From Candidatus Roizmanbacteria bacterium (GTDB lineage Bacteria > Patescibacteriota > Microgenomatia > UBA1406 > HO2-37-13b), in NCBI GenBank assembly GCA_038127095.1, contig JAYPGZ010000001.1:72205-136204 (forward strand): DNA of 64,000 nt, given 5' to 3'. Shown in pieces: positions 47,821 to 59,230 of the stretch (the first letter of the stretch is position 1; the number at the start of each line of letters is the position of its first letter). A model generated the notes under the pieces. The model was not told the DNA's origin, did no database searches, and was given only the letters and a program-made list of their open reading frames with translations. Position numbers and translations under genes: made by a program.

Positions 47821-47894
47821 GTCGATGTAGCTCAGTTGGATAGAGCAACTCCCTTCTAAGGAGTAGGTCGGGGGTTCAAGTCCTCCCATCGACG
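47821..47894 (+). tRNA. tRNA-Arg(TCT)
   Basis: Acceptor GTCGATG/CATCGAC, anticodon stem ACTCC/GGAGT, loop CTTCTAA, T-arm GGGGGTTCAAGTCCTCC. Confidence 0.75.
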
Positions 47895-47897
47895 CAG

Positions 47898-49241
47898 TTA
47901 CTTTCGCTTCACTTCGTATTGATATGGATAGTACAAAAAGTTTGCAGGGGCTTCGTCTACGAGCGTTTTCTGAAATTGTTGATACACAGCTTTCCGTTGA
48001 GCGACTTTAATAAATTTGCGGCCGTCTTCTAATTCTTTATCGATCTTAACATTGTTAAGTCTTGTAATGTTGCCTTCTGTTTGCGTTGAATGCCAGTAAA
48101 AGTACTGATCAGGGTCTTGCGGAGGACTCCACGCTGTTAGTAACATTTCAAAGTCGGAAGGAATGTATGAAAGTATTTTTAGATTCACTTTTACTCCTAC
48201 CGCCTCAAAGTTTTTTTTAAGTTCTTCTGCAACCGAAATATACTCATAAAACGTTGTAAGCGAAAGTGTGGCAGATTCTGATGCGGATTTCTTTTCAATA
48301 ATTCCCTGTGCTTTTTCTGGGTCATATGCGTAGCGTTTCAAGTTGGAATAATATGCCCATGATGTTGGTGGAATTGGTCCACTTGCAGGCTGTCCATTCA
48401 CCTTTTCAGGGGGCGTGGCATAATTGAGTGCTCTTCTAAAATCATTATCTTCTAACACGCCGGCTTTAGTATTGTAAAAAAGTGTCATAATTTGGCTATA
48501 ATCGACCGATTTGGTAACGACAGAATTTTTCCATGACGAAAATGAATCGGCAACTGACTTACTCGACGTTTTAAATGTTCTAATTTCGCCACGTTTATAC
48601 GCATTAACTAATGCATCGTCATTTGCATACATCTTATAGGTAATAGCAGGCAAGTCTTTTTTATTAGGAATAAGATGTATCTCTGTAATTTTCCCCTTTG
48701 ATGCTTTATAGTTCTGACGGTCATAAACCCCAGCAATGCCGATTAATGGATATTTTATTAAAGGTCGAGTTAAATAAATTGGAAAGGTTGCGAGTTTTTG
48801 TGAAAGGTGAAATTCAATAGTGGAATCATCAATAACCTTCATGGTAATTCCTGTAAATTTGTAGGAAATATCACGAGCGGTAAAAGGTTTCTTATCACTC
48901 CAGTATAGGTTCTTTTTTAAATTAAACCGATATGTTTTTTCATCTTTACTAATTGTCCATGAATCTATGAGTAGAGGCACAATTTGACCTTTTTCATTGA
49001 TCTCTATGAGTGGATTAGATATTTGTGAAGCAATTTCTGCAGGTGGCGATTGTACTTCAAATTCCCCTTCAAGTCCAATAATTTCCTGCTTTGTAAATAG
49101 TGTTGCGTCGATAACTGGGTAGAAGTTTATTATAGAAAAAATCAAAAAAAAACTAGCGATGCAGCTTATTATCATAAAGCGTGCATTTTTACTGAAGAAC
49201 GCTCTTATGAGCCAATAGTAGTATCGAATCTTTTTATTCAC
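47898..49241 (-). CDS. ABC transporter substrate-binding protein, family 5 (oligopeptide/nickel type), N-terminally membrane anchored
   Basis: ...IDSWTISKDEKTYRFNLKKNLYWSDKKPFTARDI... typical of SBP_bac_5; N-terminal hydrophobic anchor. Confidence 0.65.
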   Translation of the reverse strand: MNKKIRYYYWLIRAFFSKNARFMIISCIASFFLIFSIINFYPVIDATLFTKQEIIGLEGEFEVQSPPAEIASQISNPLIEINEKGQIVPLLIDSWTISKDEKTYRFNLKKNLYWSDKKPFTARDISYKFTGITMKVIDDSTIEFHLSQKLATFPIYLTRPLIKYPLIGIAGVYDRQNYKASKGKITEIHLIPNKKDLPAITYKMYANDDALVNAYKRGEIRTFKTSSKSVADSFSSWKNSVVTKSVDYSQIMTLFYNTKAGVLEDNDFRRALNYATPPEKVNGQPASGPIPPTSWAYYSNLKRYAYDPEKAQGIIEKKSASESATLSLTTFYEYISVAEELKKNFEAVGVKVNLKILSYIPSDFEMLLTAWSPPQDPDQYFYWHSTQTEGNITRLNNVKIDKELEDGRKFIKVAQRKAVYQQFQKTLVDEAPANFLYYPYQYEVKRK

Positions 49242-49245
49242 AAGC

Positions 49246-49452
49246 TTACGAAACCAAGTTAATCACTGAAACAATAAAGAAGAGCGTAATTAAAACAACC
49301 GTTGCTTGTAGAGTAACTTTTTCAATTCCGCGACGGGTTTGAAAAAACTCTCCTCCACCACCCCACGCACTTCCCAATCCAGCTCCGCGACCCTGCATGA
49401 GTATTAGTACCGTTATAAGTACGCTTAATATGATTGTTGCGATAAGTAACAT
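49246..49452 (-). CDS. secG: preprotein translocase subunit SecG
   Basis: 68 aa from internal Met: MLLIATIILSVLITVLILMQGRGAGLGSAWGGGGE...; the longer ORF-track start is unlikely because it would overlap uvrC. Confidence 0.6.
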   Translation of the reverse strand: MLLIATIILSVLITVLILMQGRGAGLGSAWGGGGEFFQTRRGIEKVTLQATVVLITLFFIVSVINLVS

Positions 49453-49456
49453 ATGT

Positions 49457-50752
49457 TTAATTATACACCATTTTTTTGCTGCGAAGCAATAAGTGGTACT
49501 TTTTTGCGAAACGATGCGATTCATCACGTATTTCTTGGATAATTTTAAAGAATGTTGAATTTCGTTTGTAATGAGCTGGGCTAATACGTTCTCCAACGGT
49601 AAAAAGCCTATCAGGATGCTTTGCAATACCAATCATAGGAATAGTTACTTGTAATTCATGTAAAATTTTTCGAGTTGCACGAAGTTGAGGGGGTCCCCCG
49701 TCGATAACAAGTAGGTCGGGTTGCTGCCAGCTTTTTTGTCTAAAACGACGTGTAAGTACTTCTTGAAGCATCGCAAAATCTGAAATACCCTGAACTGTCT
49801 TGATTTTGAAACGGCGGTATTCCTTTTTTTCCATCCCGCTGTCTTGAAACACTACCATCGATGCCGTGGCATCTTTCCCAAATAAATTACTTATGTCGTA
49901 ACATTCAATTCTAAAATCATCATTAGTTTTACTTTTTCCAAAATTTGCTTGCATAAATTCTGCAATTGCGTCATGCATATTAGCTTTGCTAGTAACTCGT
50001 ATATCATCCCATGAAGAAAACGATCGTGCATGTAGTAAATTTTCAAGTAACAGTAGTTTATCGCGAATAATCAGCGCATCTTCGTAAGCCTCCTTTTTTG
50101 TAGCAACTACCAAATCTTTTTCTAGGTGTTTTAATACAAATGACGAATTACCATTAAGGATTTTGACAATTAATTTAATATTGTGTAAGTACGTTTTTTG
50201 AAGATCTTTTCTTTCAGACGCATGTTGTTTTTCTATTTCAGCAGGGCATGGGTTACAAAGTCCAATTTTTGAATAAAAACAAGCTGCTTTCCCAATTGTT
50301 TTTTGCGTGCAAAATGGAATTATTTTTCTGATATGTAATACTAGCGATCGAGTAAGGCGATTTGATTGAAATGGTCCAAAGTAGATAGACTTATTATCGT
50401 TTTCGCGACGTACTAAGGTAATTTTCGGATATTGATCATGTATAGATATTTTAATGTATAAATAGCTTTTGTCATCTTTTAGTTGTATGTTGTATTGTGG
50501 CCTGTATTTTCGAACCAAATTTGCTTCTAAAATAATTGCTTCAAAATCAGAAAGAGTTTGCGTAAAATCAACTCGATCAGCCTGTTCTATAATTGCCCGC
50601 TCTTTTCTATCGAGCTTTGCATTTTGTATGTGTGATGCAAGTCGAGCTTTCAGATTAACTGCCTTTCCAATATAAATGGGGACATCGTTTTTATAAAAAA
50701 AATATACCCCAGTGGTCGAAGGTATCGACACTATGTTTTTAGAAGTTATCAT
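49457..50752 (-). CDS. uvrC: excinuclease ABC subunit C (compact form lacking C-terminal HhH region)
   Basis: GIY-YIG N-terminus (GVYFFY...IYIGKA...), UVR-like helix, ...SMVVFQDSGMEKKEYRRFKIK..., LLVIDGGPPQL, ...IRDESHRFA; ends at 431 aa. Confidence 0.75.
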   Translation of the reverse strand: MITSKNIVSIPSTTGVYFFYKNDVPIYIGKAVNLKARLASHIQNAKLDRKERAIIEQADRVDFTQTLSDFEAIILEANLVRKYRPQYNIQLKDDKSYLYIKISIHDQYPKITLVRRENDNKSIYFGPFQSNRLTRSLVLHIRKIIPFCTQKTIGKAACFYSKIGLCNPCPAEIEKQHASERKDLQKTYLHNIKLIVKILNGNSSFVLKHLEKDLVVATKKEAYEDALIIRDKLLLLENLLHARSFSSWDDIRVTSKANMHDAIAEFMQANFGKSKTNDDFRIECYDISNLFGKDATASMVVFQDSGMEKKEYRRFKIKTVQGISDFAMLQEVLTRRFRQKSWQQPDLLVIDGGPPQLRATRKILHELQVTIPMIGIAKHPDRLFTVGERISPAHYKRNSTFFKIIQEIRDESHRFAKKYHLLLRSKKMVYN

Positions 50753-52584
50753 GAAATTCTTTGTTTAATATAACGAAAGAAAAGAAATATAAGAATTACA
50801 ATAGCGATACCAATACCCAATAGATAGTTAATAATCGATTCAATAGAAGATTGAACGGTTAGTTTATGTGACGCAATTTCGATATTATTTTGAAGTAAGC
50901 TAATACTAGCATTGTTATTTTGTGAAGCATTCTTTGAGACAGCAAAACTAAATGGTATTTCACGTTTTTCATGTGGAGCAACAAGTGCTGCCGAAAGTAC
51001 AGCGGGCTTAAAGGTGAGCGATGTACTTTTAATGTGAATAAGCTGGTCGTGGAGAAACACATTGCTGTTATTTTCAATAACAACTGTTCCGTGTCCGGTT
51101 GCGAGTGGCGCGATGGTATCTTTCATATTAATAGTAGTCGTGACGGATTTGTTTTCTTTAGGTAAAGATGCAATGGGTTTAATATCGATGTCTTTTTGAT
51201 CGCGAACTTTATACATTCCGGCTGGTAAAGGATATACCGGATCTTTTCCATGAATAGCGAGCGTTATGTGATTAAAGTCGAAAGAATTAAAGTAATCGAT
51301 ATTTGACGTATCTGTCCACGTAGGATCGGTCGGAATCCATATGTTTTGTGTTTCGTCGTAATATTCAGGCCACGAATGTAGCATATCACCTGAAAATGAC
51401 TGCGGACGGAGCGTGTTATCGTCGCTGTATGCATAGCCCTCTATTTCACGTGCAGGAATGCCTGCGTTACGAGCTAATGCTACAAATAAATCGGTATATT
51501 CGGTACATACAGCCTGTGTTGGATTATTAAGTGCAAACTGGGCACCCTTTCGAGAACCAGAAGACTTAATTTGGCTACTATCATATTGAAGATGGCTTAC
51601 TACTCGATCAAATACTTCTTGAATATTGGTTATTTTTGAAGAAAATGAGTAATTTTTGGGAATGTTCCAATAGGACACATTATTATAAATATATTTCTCC
51701 TGCTCTTTAAACGCCTTTTCGTTAAAAGATTTCATATGTAATTTAGGGCGCGCAAAAACTTCTACTACAGCGGAATAGTGCACGGTCATTTCTTGCTTTG
51801 GTTTGAGCATATATTCCGCTAGGTAATTTCCATCGGAATCAATATATGTGCGAGCAGGTTTTGGATCAATAAAATTTTCATGTATTTTCTGATATGCTGT
51901 CTGAGGTGGTAGTGCAATTGCTGTTTTTTTAGTTAGTAAATCGGGGTTTTTGATTGTGTATGTTAAATTAGTTTGATATCGTTGTGAAGTTCCAAACGCC
52001 ACATATATTACAGGAGTTTTTACATTATCCCACCGTATAGTTGTACCATTCACCTGAGAAGGTTCCGGTTTAATTACTCCAACATGACGATCGACTCCTG
52101 GTGGAACATGGAGTAAGGCAGAAAATTGCGAATCATTGTCGCTAGAAACAGTAGGTAAAATAATTTCCCATATTGACCCAACATGTTTTATGCCGTTTTT
52201 CTGAACATAGGTGAATTCTAAATTCGTTTGATTATTTTTTGTAGCAGAGCTTTCAGGTAGTGTAAAAAGTATTTGCGTACTGTTTTTTTGGGATTTAATT
52301 TGTGCTTGAACTGCCTCATTCTCAATTTTTGTTTGGGGATTACTAATTGCAAAATGCGGAGGAAGACTAATGCTAAATTCTCGGACATATATATCTGATC
52401 GTAAATTTTGTAGAGATATTTGTAAAGTTACTCCTAAATCAGTTTCATTAAGGGGTGTATATTCGGCATTATAAACAACCTTATAAGGTGTAGCTGTAGC
52501 ATACGCACGCTGGGGTGTGAAAAGAGTAATAAACAATAAAAAAAGAGCTGAAAGAAAATGTAAGCGTCGATCAAAAACAGTCAT
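50749..52584 (-). CDS. secreted transglutaminase-like domain protein with C-terminal TM anchor
   Basis: Signal peptide; ...QAVCTEYTDLFVALARNAGIPAREIEGYA...HSWPEYY...PTDPTW (Cys-His-Asp core); C-terminal hydrophobic helix. Confidence 0.6.
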   Translation of the reverse strand: MTVFDRRLHFLSALFLLFITLFTPQRAYATATPYKVVYNAEYTPLNETDLGVTLQISLQNLRSDIYVREFSISLPPHFAISNPQTKIENEAVQAQIKSQKNSTQILFTLPESSATKNNQTNLEFTYVQKNGIKHVGSIWEIILPTVSSDNDSQFSALLHVPPGVDRHVGVIKPEPSQVNGTTIRWDNVKTPVIYVAFGTSQRYQTNLTYTIKNPDLLTKKTAIALPPQTAYQKIHENFIDPKPARTYIDSDGNYLAEYMLKPKQEMTVHYSAVVEVFARPKLHMKSFNEKAFKEQEKYIYNNVSYWNIPKNYSFSSKITNIQEVFDRVVSHLQYDSSQIKSSGSRKGAQFALNNPTQAVCTEYTDLFVALARNAGIPAREIEGYAYSDDNTLRPQSFSGDMLHSWPEYYDETQNIWIPTDPTWTDTSNIDYFNSFDFNHITLAIHGKDPVYPLPAGMYKVRDQKDIDIKPIASLPKENKSVTTTINMKDTIAPLATGHGTVVIENNSNVFLHDQLIHIKSTSLTFKPAVLSAALVAPHEKREIPFSFAVSKNASQNNNASISLLQNNIEIASHKLTVQSSIESIINYLLGIGIAIVILIFLFFRYIKQRIS

Positions 52585-52593
52585 GCTTATATT

Positions 52594-55470
52594 TTACCTT
52601 AAATATTCGGATAAGTACTTACCGGTAAATGAATCTTTATTTTCAAGTAATCCTCCCAAAGGACCTTGATACAATAATTGACCGCCTCCTTGTCCACCGA
52701 GTGGACCCATATCAATAACATATTGACTATTTTTTATAACTTCAAGATTATGTTCAATAACAATGACCGTATTTCCCTTTTCCACCAGTTTGTATAAAGT
52801 CGCAAGCAACTTCTCTACATCATACAAGTGAAGACCGGTTGTTGGTTCATCAAGTATATATAAGGTTCGGCCTGTTTCTTTTTTCGCTAGTTCATTTGCG
52901 AGTTTTATTCGTTGTGCTTCTCCGCCCGAAAGGGTTGGGGCGCTTTGCCCTAGTTCCATGTATCCGACGCCTACATCTTGCAATGTTTTAAGTTTAGGGG
53001 CTAACTGTGGAATACTTTTAAAAAATTCAGCAGCTTCATCGATTGGCATGTCTAGCACATCTTTAATACTCTTTCCTTTGTAAAGTACTTCTAGTGTTTG
53101 GCTGTTATATCGGGCGCCTTTACAAACATCGCATTTAACATAAACATCGGGTAAAAATTGCATTTCTATTTTAATTGTTCCTGCGCCTTGACATTTTTCG
53201 CATCGACCACCTTTGACATTGAATGAGAAACGTCCTTTTGCAAAACCACGTATTTTGGCATCTGGAGTTTGTGCAAAAATATCGCGTATGTGATCAAAGA
53301 TTCCCATGTAAGTAGCAGGGTTTGAACGAGGAGTTTTCCCTATGCTTGATTGATCTACAAGATACACTTTGTCAAGATATTGATATCCCAATAACTGATC
53401 GAAAGTACCCTGGGAAAGTTTAAATGACCCTTCTAAATAATATCGCAAGGCTTTGTAAAGAGTTTCAACGATAAGTGTTGATTTTCCTGAACCCGATACG
53501 CCCGTTACACTTATTAAATTGCCCAATGGAAATTTTGCAGAAACATTTTTTAAGTTAAATTGTTTGCAGCCTGTTATTTCAATATATCCATAATTTTTAG
53601 GTGAAAGGGTATGCTCGTGAGCAATATTTTTTTTGAACATGTATTTTGCTGTCAGTGAATTTTTGCTTTTTTTCAATTCTTCCAAACTTCCTTGAAAGAT
53701 TACTTTTCCACCGTGTTTTCCTGCTTTTGGACCAAAATCTACAATATGGTCAGCTGCTAGAATTGTTTCGGTATCATGTTCTACAACAATGAGTGTATTT
53801 CCCAGATTGCATAAGTTTCGCAAAGAATCTACCAGAGCAGCTACGTCTTTTGAATGGAGTCCAATTGAAGGTTCATCGAGAACATATATAACGCCGGTAA
53901 GTCCACTTCCTATTTGAGAAGCGAGTCGTATACGTTGTGATTCTCCACCTGAAAGACTTGCCGCTGTGCGTCCTAATGTAAGATATGTTAATCCGACATT
54001 TTCAAGAAATGTTAATCGCGCAATGATTTCTGTAATAATATTTTCCGATACCTCTCTGTTGTATCCTGATAAACCTTTATGAATATTTTTTGTAAAGGTA
54101 AGGAGTGTTTCTATTGAAAAACTAGCTAAATCTATAATATTTTTTTCATCAATTTTAATACTCAGTACTTCAGGTTTTAAGCGCATTCCATGGCATGCGG
54201 TGCATTCTTCATCAGTCATATATTTTTCGATTTCGTGCGACATAAATTCCGAAGAACTTTCGCCATATCGGCGATACAATTCCGGAATTATTCCTATAAA
54301 TGTTTCTTTTATAACCGTGTCATTGCCAAAGCGATTTTGACCATGTACTTTATATGTCTTATTGTTTCCATGAAGTAGTATTTGTAATTTATCTTCGTCT
54401 ACGTAGCTTAAATTTACCGATGTATCAATATTTAGGTCATCCAATACTGTTTTAAGGGTTCGCGCATACCAGGTATTGAACGAAAGTACTTTGCCAAAGG
54501 GTACAATAGCTCCCTGCTCAATTGAAAGTCTTCTATTAAGTACTAGTTCAGGTGCAATTCGAACAATGTATCCTAAACCCTTACACGTTTCACACGCTCC
54601 CACTGGTGAATTAAACGAAAACATGCGTGGTTCAATTTCAGCAAGTGCAAAATCACATTGTGGACATGCAAACTTTTCGGAAAATAAGTGGCTACTTTCA
54701 GGAGCTTGTAAAAGTATTTTTCCGTCCGACAATTTCACTCCTTGTTCAACCGTTTCTGCGATGCGTTTTTTAAGACTTTTGACCAGATCTTTATTTTTTG
54801 TATCAGCATGCGAAAGAGAAAAACTCATAATTACTGCAGAAATAGTGTGCTTATTATTTTTTTCAAGCGCAGGTAGTTTATCGCCGGTAACCCTGGTGCC
54901 ATCAACAATCAAATCTGTATATCCTTTCGATCGTAAGTTTCCAAAAAGTGGGGTGAATTCTCCTTTTCTTTCAGTAACTATTGGCGAAAGTAGCAGAAAT
55001 TGCTGTGGTGCAAGCTTATATTTTTTTGTGTACTCAACGGAATATTCAACAATTTTTTCTGTAATTTCATCAATAGAAAGTCGACTAATGAGTGTTCCAT
55101 CGTTGGGACAATACGGAACTCCGATTCGAGCATACAGTAAACGTAAATAGTCATAAATTTCGGTAATTGTACCCACTGTAGATCGAGGATTTTTTCCAAC
55201 TGACTTTTGATCAATTGAAATCGATGGTGATAAACCTTCGATAAAATCGACATCTGGTTTATCCATGACACCTAAAAATTGCCGAGCATATGAAGAGAGT
55301 GATTCTACATAACGGCGTTGACCTTCTGCATAAATCGTATCAAATGCCAATGATGATTTTCCCGATCCAGAGACGCCTGTAAAAACAACCATTTTATTCT
55401 TGGGGATTGTTAAATCGACATTTTTAAGATTGTGCTCGCGAGCACCTTTAATTACTATTGAGTCATTCAT
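52594..55470 (-). CDS. uvrA: excinuclease ABC subunit A
   Basis: Two ABC ATPase modules ([34 protein letters not shown]; second [10 protein letters not shown]), zinc-finger cysteines, LSGGE signatures. Confidence 0.9.
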   Translation of the reverse strand: MNDSIVIKGAREHNLKNVDLTIPKNKMVVFTGVSGSGKSSLAFDTIYAEGQRRYVESLSSYARQFLGVMDKPDVDFIEGLSPSISIDQKSVGKNPRSTVGTITEIYDYLRLLYARIGVPYCPNDGTLISRLSIDEITEKIVEYSVEYTKKYKLAPQQFLLLSPIVTERKGEFTPLFGNLRSKGYTDLIVDGTRVTGDKLPALEKNNKHTISAVIMSFSLSHADTKNKDLVKSLKKRIAETVEQGVKLSDGKILLQAPESSHLFSEKFACPQCDFALAEIEPRMFSFNSPVGACETCKGLGYIVRIAPELVLNRRLSIEQGAIVPFGKVLSFNTWYARTLKTVLDDLNIDTSVNLSYVDEDKLQILLHGNNKTYKVHGQNRFGNDTVIKETFIGIIPELYRRYGESSSEFMSHEIEKYMTDEECTACHGMRLKPEVLSIKIDEKNIIDLASFSIETLLTFTKNIHKGLSGYNREVSENIITEIIARLTFLENVGLTYLTLGRTAASLSGGESQRIRLASQIGSGLTGVIYVLDEPSIGLHSKDVAALVDSLRNLCNLGNTLIVVEHDTETILAADHIVDFGPKAGKHGGKVIFQGSLEELKKSKNSLTAKYMFKKNIAHEHTLSPKNYGYIEITGCKQFNLKNVSAKFPLGNLISVTGVSGSGKSTLIVETLYKALRYYLEGSFKLSQGTFDQLLGYQYLDKVYLVDQSSIGKTPRSNPATYMGIFDHIRDIFAQTPDAKIRGFAKGRFSFNVKGGRCEKCQGAGTIKIEMQFLPDVYVKCDVCKGARYNSQTLEVLYKGKSIKDVLDMPIDEAAEFFKSIPQLAPKLKTLQDVGVGYMELGQSAPTLSGGEAQRIKLANELAKKETGRTLYILDEPTTGLHLYDVEKLLATLYKLVEKGNTVIVIEHNLEVIKNSQYVIDMGPLGGQGGGQLLYQGPLGGLLENKDSFTGKYLSEYLR

Positions 55471-55473
55471 AAT

Positions 55474-57489
55474 TTATGATTTTTCAATTTCAATAATTTT
55501 ATTTCTAATTGCTATTGCGGCTTCAAAATGTAGTTCACGAGCTTGTTTTTTCATTTCCTTGCGCAAGCTATCGATCAAGTTTTTTTTGTCTTGAGGAGTA
55601 AGTGAACTTATATTTATTGATTCGATTGCTTCATATGCTGCCAAAAGCGACATATCGTCTTGTCGTTTTTGTTCCTGTTTAATAATGTCTTTTTTGATTG
55701 CCTTAATAATTGTAGTCGGTGTAATATTGTGCGTCTTATTATACTGTAATTGATATTCCCGACGTCGAGTAACCTCTTCTACTGCCTCTTTAATAGACTT
55801 AGTCATTTTGTCGGCGTAGATAATGACTTCTCCGCCAATATTTCGAGCAGCCCGTCCCATTGTTTGAATAAGTGCTGTTTTACTTCGTAAGAAACCTTCG
55901 TTATCTGCATCTAAAATTGCAACAAGTGTTACTTCGGGTATATCAATTCCTTCGCGAAGCAAATTAATTCCAACTAATACATCAAAATCAGCCATTCGAA
56001 GTTTATTGAGAATTTCTGATCGGTCAAGCGTGTGAATATCGGAATGCAAATATTCTGCCTTTATGCCAGCCTCTTTTAAATATGTAGTTAAATCTTCCGC
56101 AATCCGCTTTGTAAGTGATGCAACAAGTACTCGCTCCTTTTTTGCAACACGTTTCTTAATTTCTTCAATTAAATCTGGAATTTCTGTACTACTTTTACGA
56201 ATGCTAATTGGAGGATCAACAATACCGGTTGGACGTACTAATTGTTCAACTACTTTATTTTCTGCAAGTTCTACTTCATACTCATTTGGTGTTGCCGAAA
56301 CGTAAATTGCGCGGTGTAGCGTGTTATAAAACTCATTAAATTTCATGGGGCGATTATCCAAACTTGATTCTAGTCGGAAACCGTAATCAATGAGTGTTCG
56401 CTTTCGTGCCTGATCTCCGTTATACATTCCTCGAATTTGTGGTAATGTCATGTGTGATTCGTCTACGAACACAAGCCAATCTTTACCGAATCGATGATTA
56501 AAATATCCAAGCAGTGAATTGGGAGGATCTCCGGGGTTTCGACCGTCAAAATATCGAGAATAATTTTCGATCCCATTTACATACCCCATTTCCTTAAGCA
56601 TTTCCAAGTCGTAATTTACTTTTTTAAGTAAACGACGTGCTTCAAATTCTTTGCCTTTTTTGAGAAGTTGTTTATATTCTTTCTCTAGATCAGCTCGTAT
56701 CTGGCTTTCAGCATCTTCAAGAGCATCCATGCTGGTCATGTATTGTTTAGCCGGATATAAAATAATTGACTCATCGGCATTCGTTTTTTTTTCAATAGTT
56801 TCACCTGTTAGCGGGTCCATTTTAGTAATTTGTACAACTTTGTTGTTTTGTAATTCAACTCGATACCCAAAGTCGTCAGATGCAGGATACATGTCGATAT
56901 GATCTCCGCGAACTCTAAAGGTTCCCCGTTTGAAATCGTATTCTGAGCGTTCATATTGCAGTTCAATAAGCCGCTTCATAATGTCTTTCTGATCATACAT
57001 CTGCCCAACTTTAAGCTCAAGAATAAACTTTCCAAACTCTATTGGAGAGCCGATGTTATAAATACAAGAAACAGAAGCAACGACTATTGGATCAGGGCGA
57101 GTGAGAATGTTGCTGGTAGAGGCTAATCGGAGTTTGTCGATTGTTTCATTAATCTGTGCCTCTTTTTCGATGTATGTATCGGTGGAAGGAATATATGCTT
57201 CAGGCTGGTAATAATCGTAGTAGGAAACAAAGTATGAAACTGCGTTTTCTGGAAAAAAATCACGCATTTCTTGATACAGTTGACCAGCAAGAGTCTTATT
57301 GTGTGAGATTATAAGTGCAGGCATTTGCGATTGTTCAATAACCTGCGCCATAGTGAACGTTTTTCCAGAACCGGTTACTCCCAACAGTACTTGATTTTTT
57401 TTACCCGCATGAATGCCTTCCACTAACTGGTTTGTTGCTTTAATCTGTTCATCAATTGGGGGGAATTGGGAATGGATTTTGAATTTCAT
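55474..57489 (-). CDS. uvrB: excinuclease ABC subunit B
   Basis: [14 protein letters not shown] Walker A, DESH box, helicase C-terminal motifs, C-terminal UVR domain (...[18 protein letters not shown]). Confidence 0.9.
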   Translation of the reverse strand: MKFKIHSQFPPIDEQIKATNQLVEGIHAGKKNQVLLGVTGSGKTFTMAQVIEQSQMPALIISHNKTLAGQLYQEMRDFFPENAVSYFVSYYDYYQPEAYIPSTDTYIEKEAQINETIDKLRLASTSNILTRPDPIVVASVSCIYNIGSPIEFGKFILELKVGQMYDQKDIMKRLIELQYERSEYDFKRGTFRVRGDHIDMYPASDDFGYRVELQNNKVVQITKMDPLTGETIEKKTNADESIILYPAKQYMTSMDALEDAESQIRADLEKEYKQLLKKGKEFEARRLLKKVNYDLEMLKEMGYVNGIENYSRYFDGRNPGDPPNSLLGYFNHRFGKDWLVFVDESHMTLPQIRGMYNGDQARKRTLIDYGFRLESSLDNRPMKFNEFYNTLHRAIYVSATPNEYEVELAENKVVEQLVRPTGIVDPPISIRKSSTEIPDLIEEIKKRVAKKERVLVASLTKRIAEDLTTYLKEAGIKAEYLHSDIHTLDRSEILNKLRMADFDVLVGINLLREGIDIPEVTLVAILDADNEGFLRSKTALIQTMGRAARNIGGEVIIYADKMTKSIKEAVEEVTRRREYQLQYNKTHNITPTTIIKAIKKDIIKQEQKRQDDMSLLAAYEAIESINISSLTPQDKKNLIDSLRKEMKKQARELHFEAAIAIRNKIIEIEKS

Positions 57490-57568
57490 GCTGACCTATA
57501 ATTGTACCACAGACATGGTAAAACCGTACAATGAGTGGAGCCGATTTTCGAAGGTAAAGAAATTTATA

Positions 57569-57892
57569 TCAGGACAACTCAGAAACAGTCATTGTTGGTA
57601 AGATTTCACCGACTAACTGAACGGTTCTTGATCGTACAACGCGTTTATTTCCATCTGGAATACCCAGTGTCCTTGAATTTCCAGATATTATAACTTGCTC
57701 TGGGTATATACCCATAAACCCTGCATCTTTATCGTCGGAAGTCAAATCTAAATTATCTTCATCGACAAGATTTCTATGCGTGGCATCTAAATTATCGGGA
57801 GGTGGTACGCTGATAAAATCACCCACCCGTACATATTTTACAAATATACCAGCCTGGGTAATTGGGTTATATGAACCGCCTTCTAATTTCAT
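57569..57892 (-). CDS. hypothetical protein
   Basis: 107-aa ORF, no motif. Confidence 0.35.
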   Translation of the reverse strand: MKLEGGSYNPITQAGIFVKYVRVGDFISVPPPDNLDATHRNLVDEDNLDLTSDDKDAGFMGIYPEQVIISGNSRTLGIPDGNKRVVRSRTVQLVGEILPTMTVSELS

Positions 57893-57938
57893 GCACGTAG
57901 TATATCATGATTTTAAACTTATAGTGTACAATAAGTGT

Positions 57939-58628
57939 ATGTTATTCATAATTGGTACTCCGCTTGGAAATGCAAGCGATATCTCCTTACGCGCAGTTCA
58001 GACGCTTATTAATGCCGATGTTATTTTGGCTGAAGATACTCGCTCATTCGCAACGTTTTACCCTATTATCCAGGATTTGTATAAATTAGCCCCTACTAAA
58101 GAGCAAAAAATACTCTCGTTTTATAAAGACAATGAGTTCGAAAAACTCCCTTCTGTACTTGAGTGGCTAAACGATGGACTTGAAATTGCACTTGTTTCGG
58201 AATCTGGAATGCCACTTGTCTCTGATCCTGGCTCGCCTTTGATACAACACTTAACAGCCAATCATATTGCATTTACTGTGATTCCTGGTCCAACAGCATT
58301 TGTGAATGCGGCAGTGCTTTCTGGATTTAAATTTAAATCGATTATACATAGTGGCTTTTTGCCAAAAAAGAACTCTGAAGTTCTTAAAGCAATTGATACC
58401 ATGCTTACTACGGCTCAAAACATGGAACAACCTATTTTTACTTTCTACGAATCCCCCTTTAGAATTAACGAAACGCTTGAATTACTTAGTCAAAAAGCTC
58501 CAAAAGCCCAAGTGGCAATTTGTCGAGAAATGACAAAGAAGTTCGAAGAGATCGTAAGGGGAACTGCACAAGAACTCTTAAAAAACTCCTATAAAGGAGA
58601 ATTGACTGTTGTGATAAGCTGCCTGTGA
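57939..58628 (+). CDS. rsmI: 16S rRNA (cytidine1402-2'-O)-methyltransferase RsmI (tetrapyrrole-methylase fold)
   Basis: MLFIIGTPLGNASDISLRAVQTLINADVILAEDTR... matches RsmI N-terminus; start set at internal Met 57939. Confidence 0.7.
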   Translation: MLFIIGTPLGNASDISLRAVQTLINADVILAEDTRSFATFYPIIQDLYKLAPTKEQKILSFYKDNEFEKLPSVLEWLNDGLEIALVSESGMPLVSDPGSPLIQHLTANHIAFTVIPGPTAFVNAAVLSGFKFKSIIHSGFLPKKNSEVLKAIDTMLTTAQNMEQPIFTFYESPFRINETLELLSQKAPKAQVAICREMTKKFEEIVRGTAQELLKNSYKGELTVVISCL

Positions 58629-58643
58629 TATAATGATTCCTTC

Positions 58644-59129
58644 ATGAAAGAAAAGGCTGGATTTCACCAAACTACTTTAGTCGATCATTTAGCTCCTCTT
58701 CAAACGGGTATTGCACGCGATGATGTTCCATTTTATGTTCGACTGCTTGATAATGTATACGCTGGTGAACCTGAGCCCAAACAACAGCATGTAGGAGTTT
58801 CTCCTCATGTTCTTGCCGCACAGAGGGTTATAACCGATCATTCATCGGGAATCACCTATTTTGCAAACCTTTTTACTGAATCTGTGAAAAAAAACCCCTT
58901 TGATGTAAGATTGAAAGATTGGCAATTTGGCACAGAAGACCTTATCGGAATACGAAGAAAAATTGTGGAAGTATTGCGTACATATGTTACATATTTAATT
59001 TCGCAACAGGCTACTCGAAAAGAGAATAATCTGGAGCCAGATGAATATTTTCATGAAGAAATATTACGTAATTCAAAATTAATTGATGTACTATCGGCAG
59101 GACTGGAAGAATCAGACCAAGAGCAATAG
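58644..59129 (+). CDS. hypothetical protein
   Basis: 161-aa ORF, no motif. Confidence 0.4.
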   Translation: MKEKAGFHQTTLVDHLAPLQTGIARDDVPFYVRLLDNVYAGEPEPKQQHVGVSPHVLAAQRVITDHSSGITYFANLFTESVKKNPFDVRLKDWQFGTEDLIGIRRKIVEVLRTYVTYLISQQATRKENNLEPDEYFHEEILRNSKLIDVLSAGLEESDQEQ

Positions 59130-59230
59130 CAAATGTTTTAGTTCGCATGACACAAGGTTATTTGACTGAGTCAAATAACTCGAGTTTGTGCTACGGGTAC
59201 TAGTGAATGAGTTGAGAACAAATAATATAT

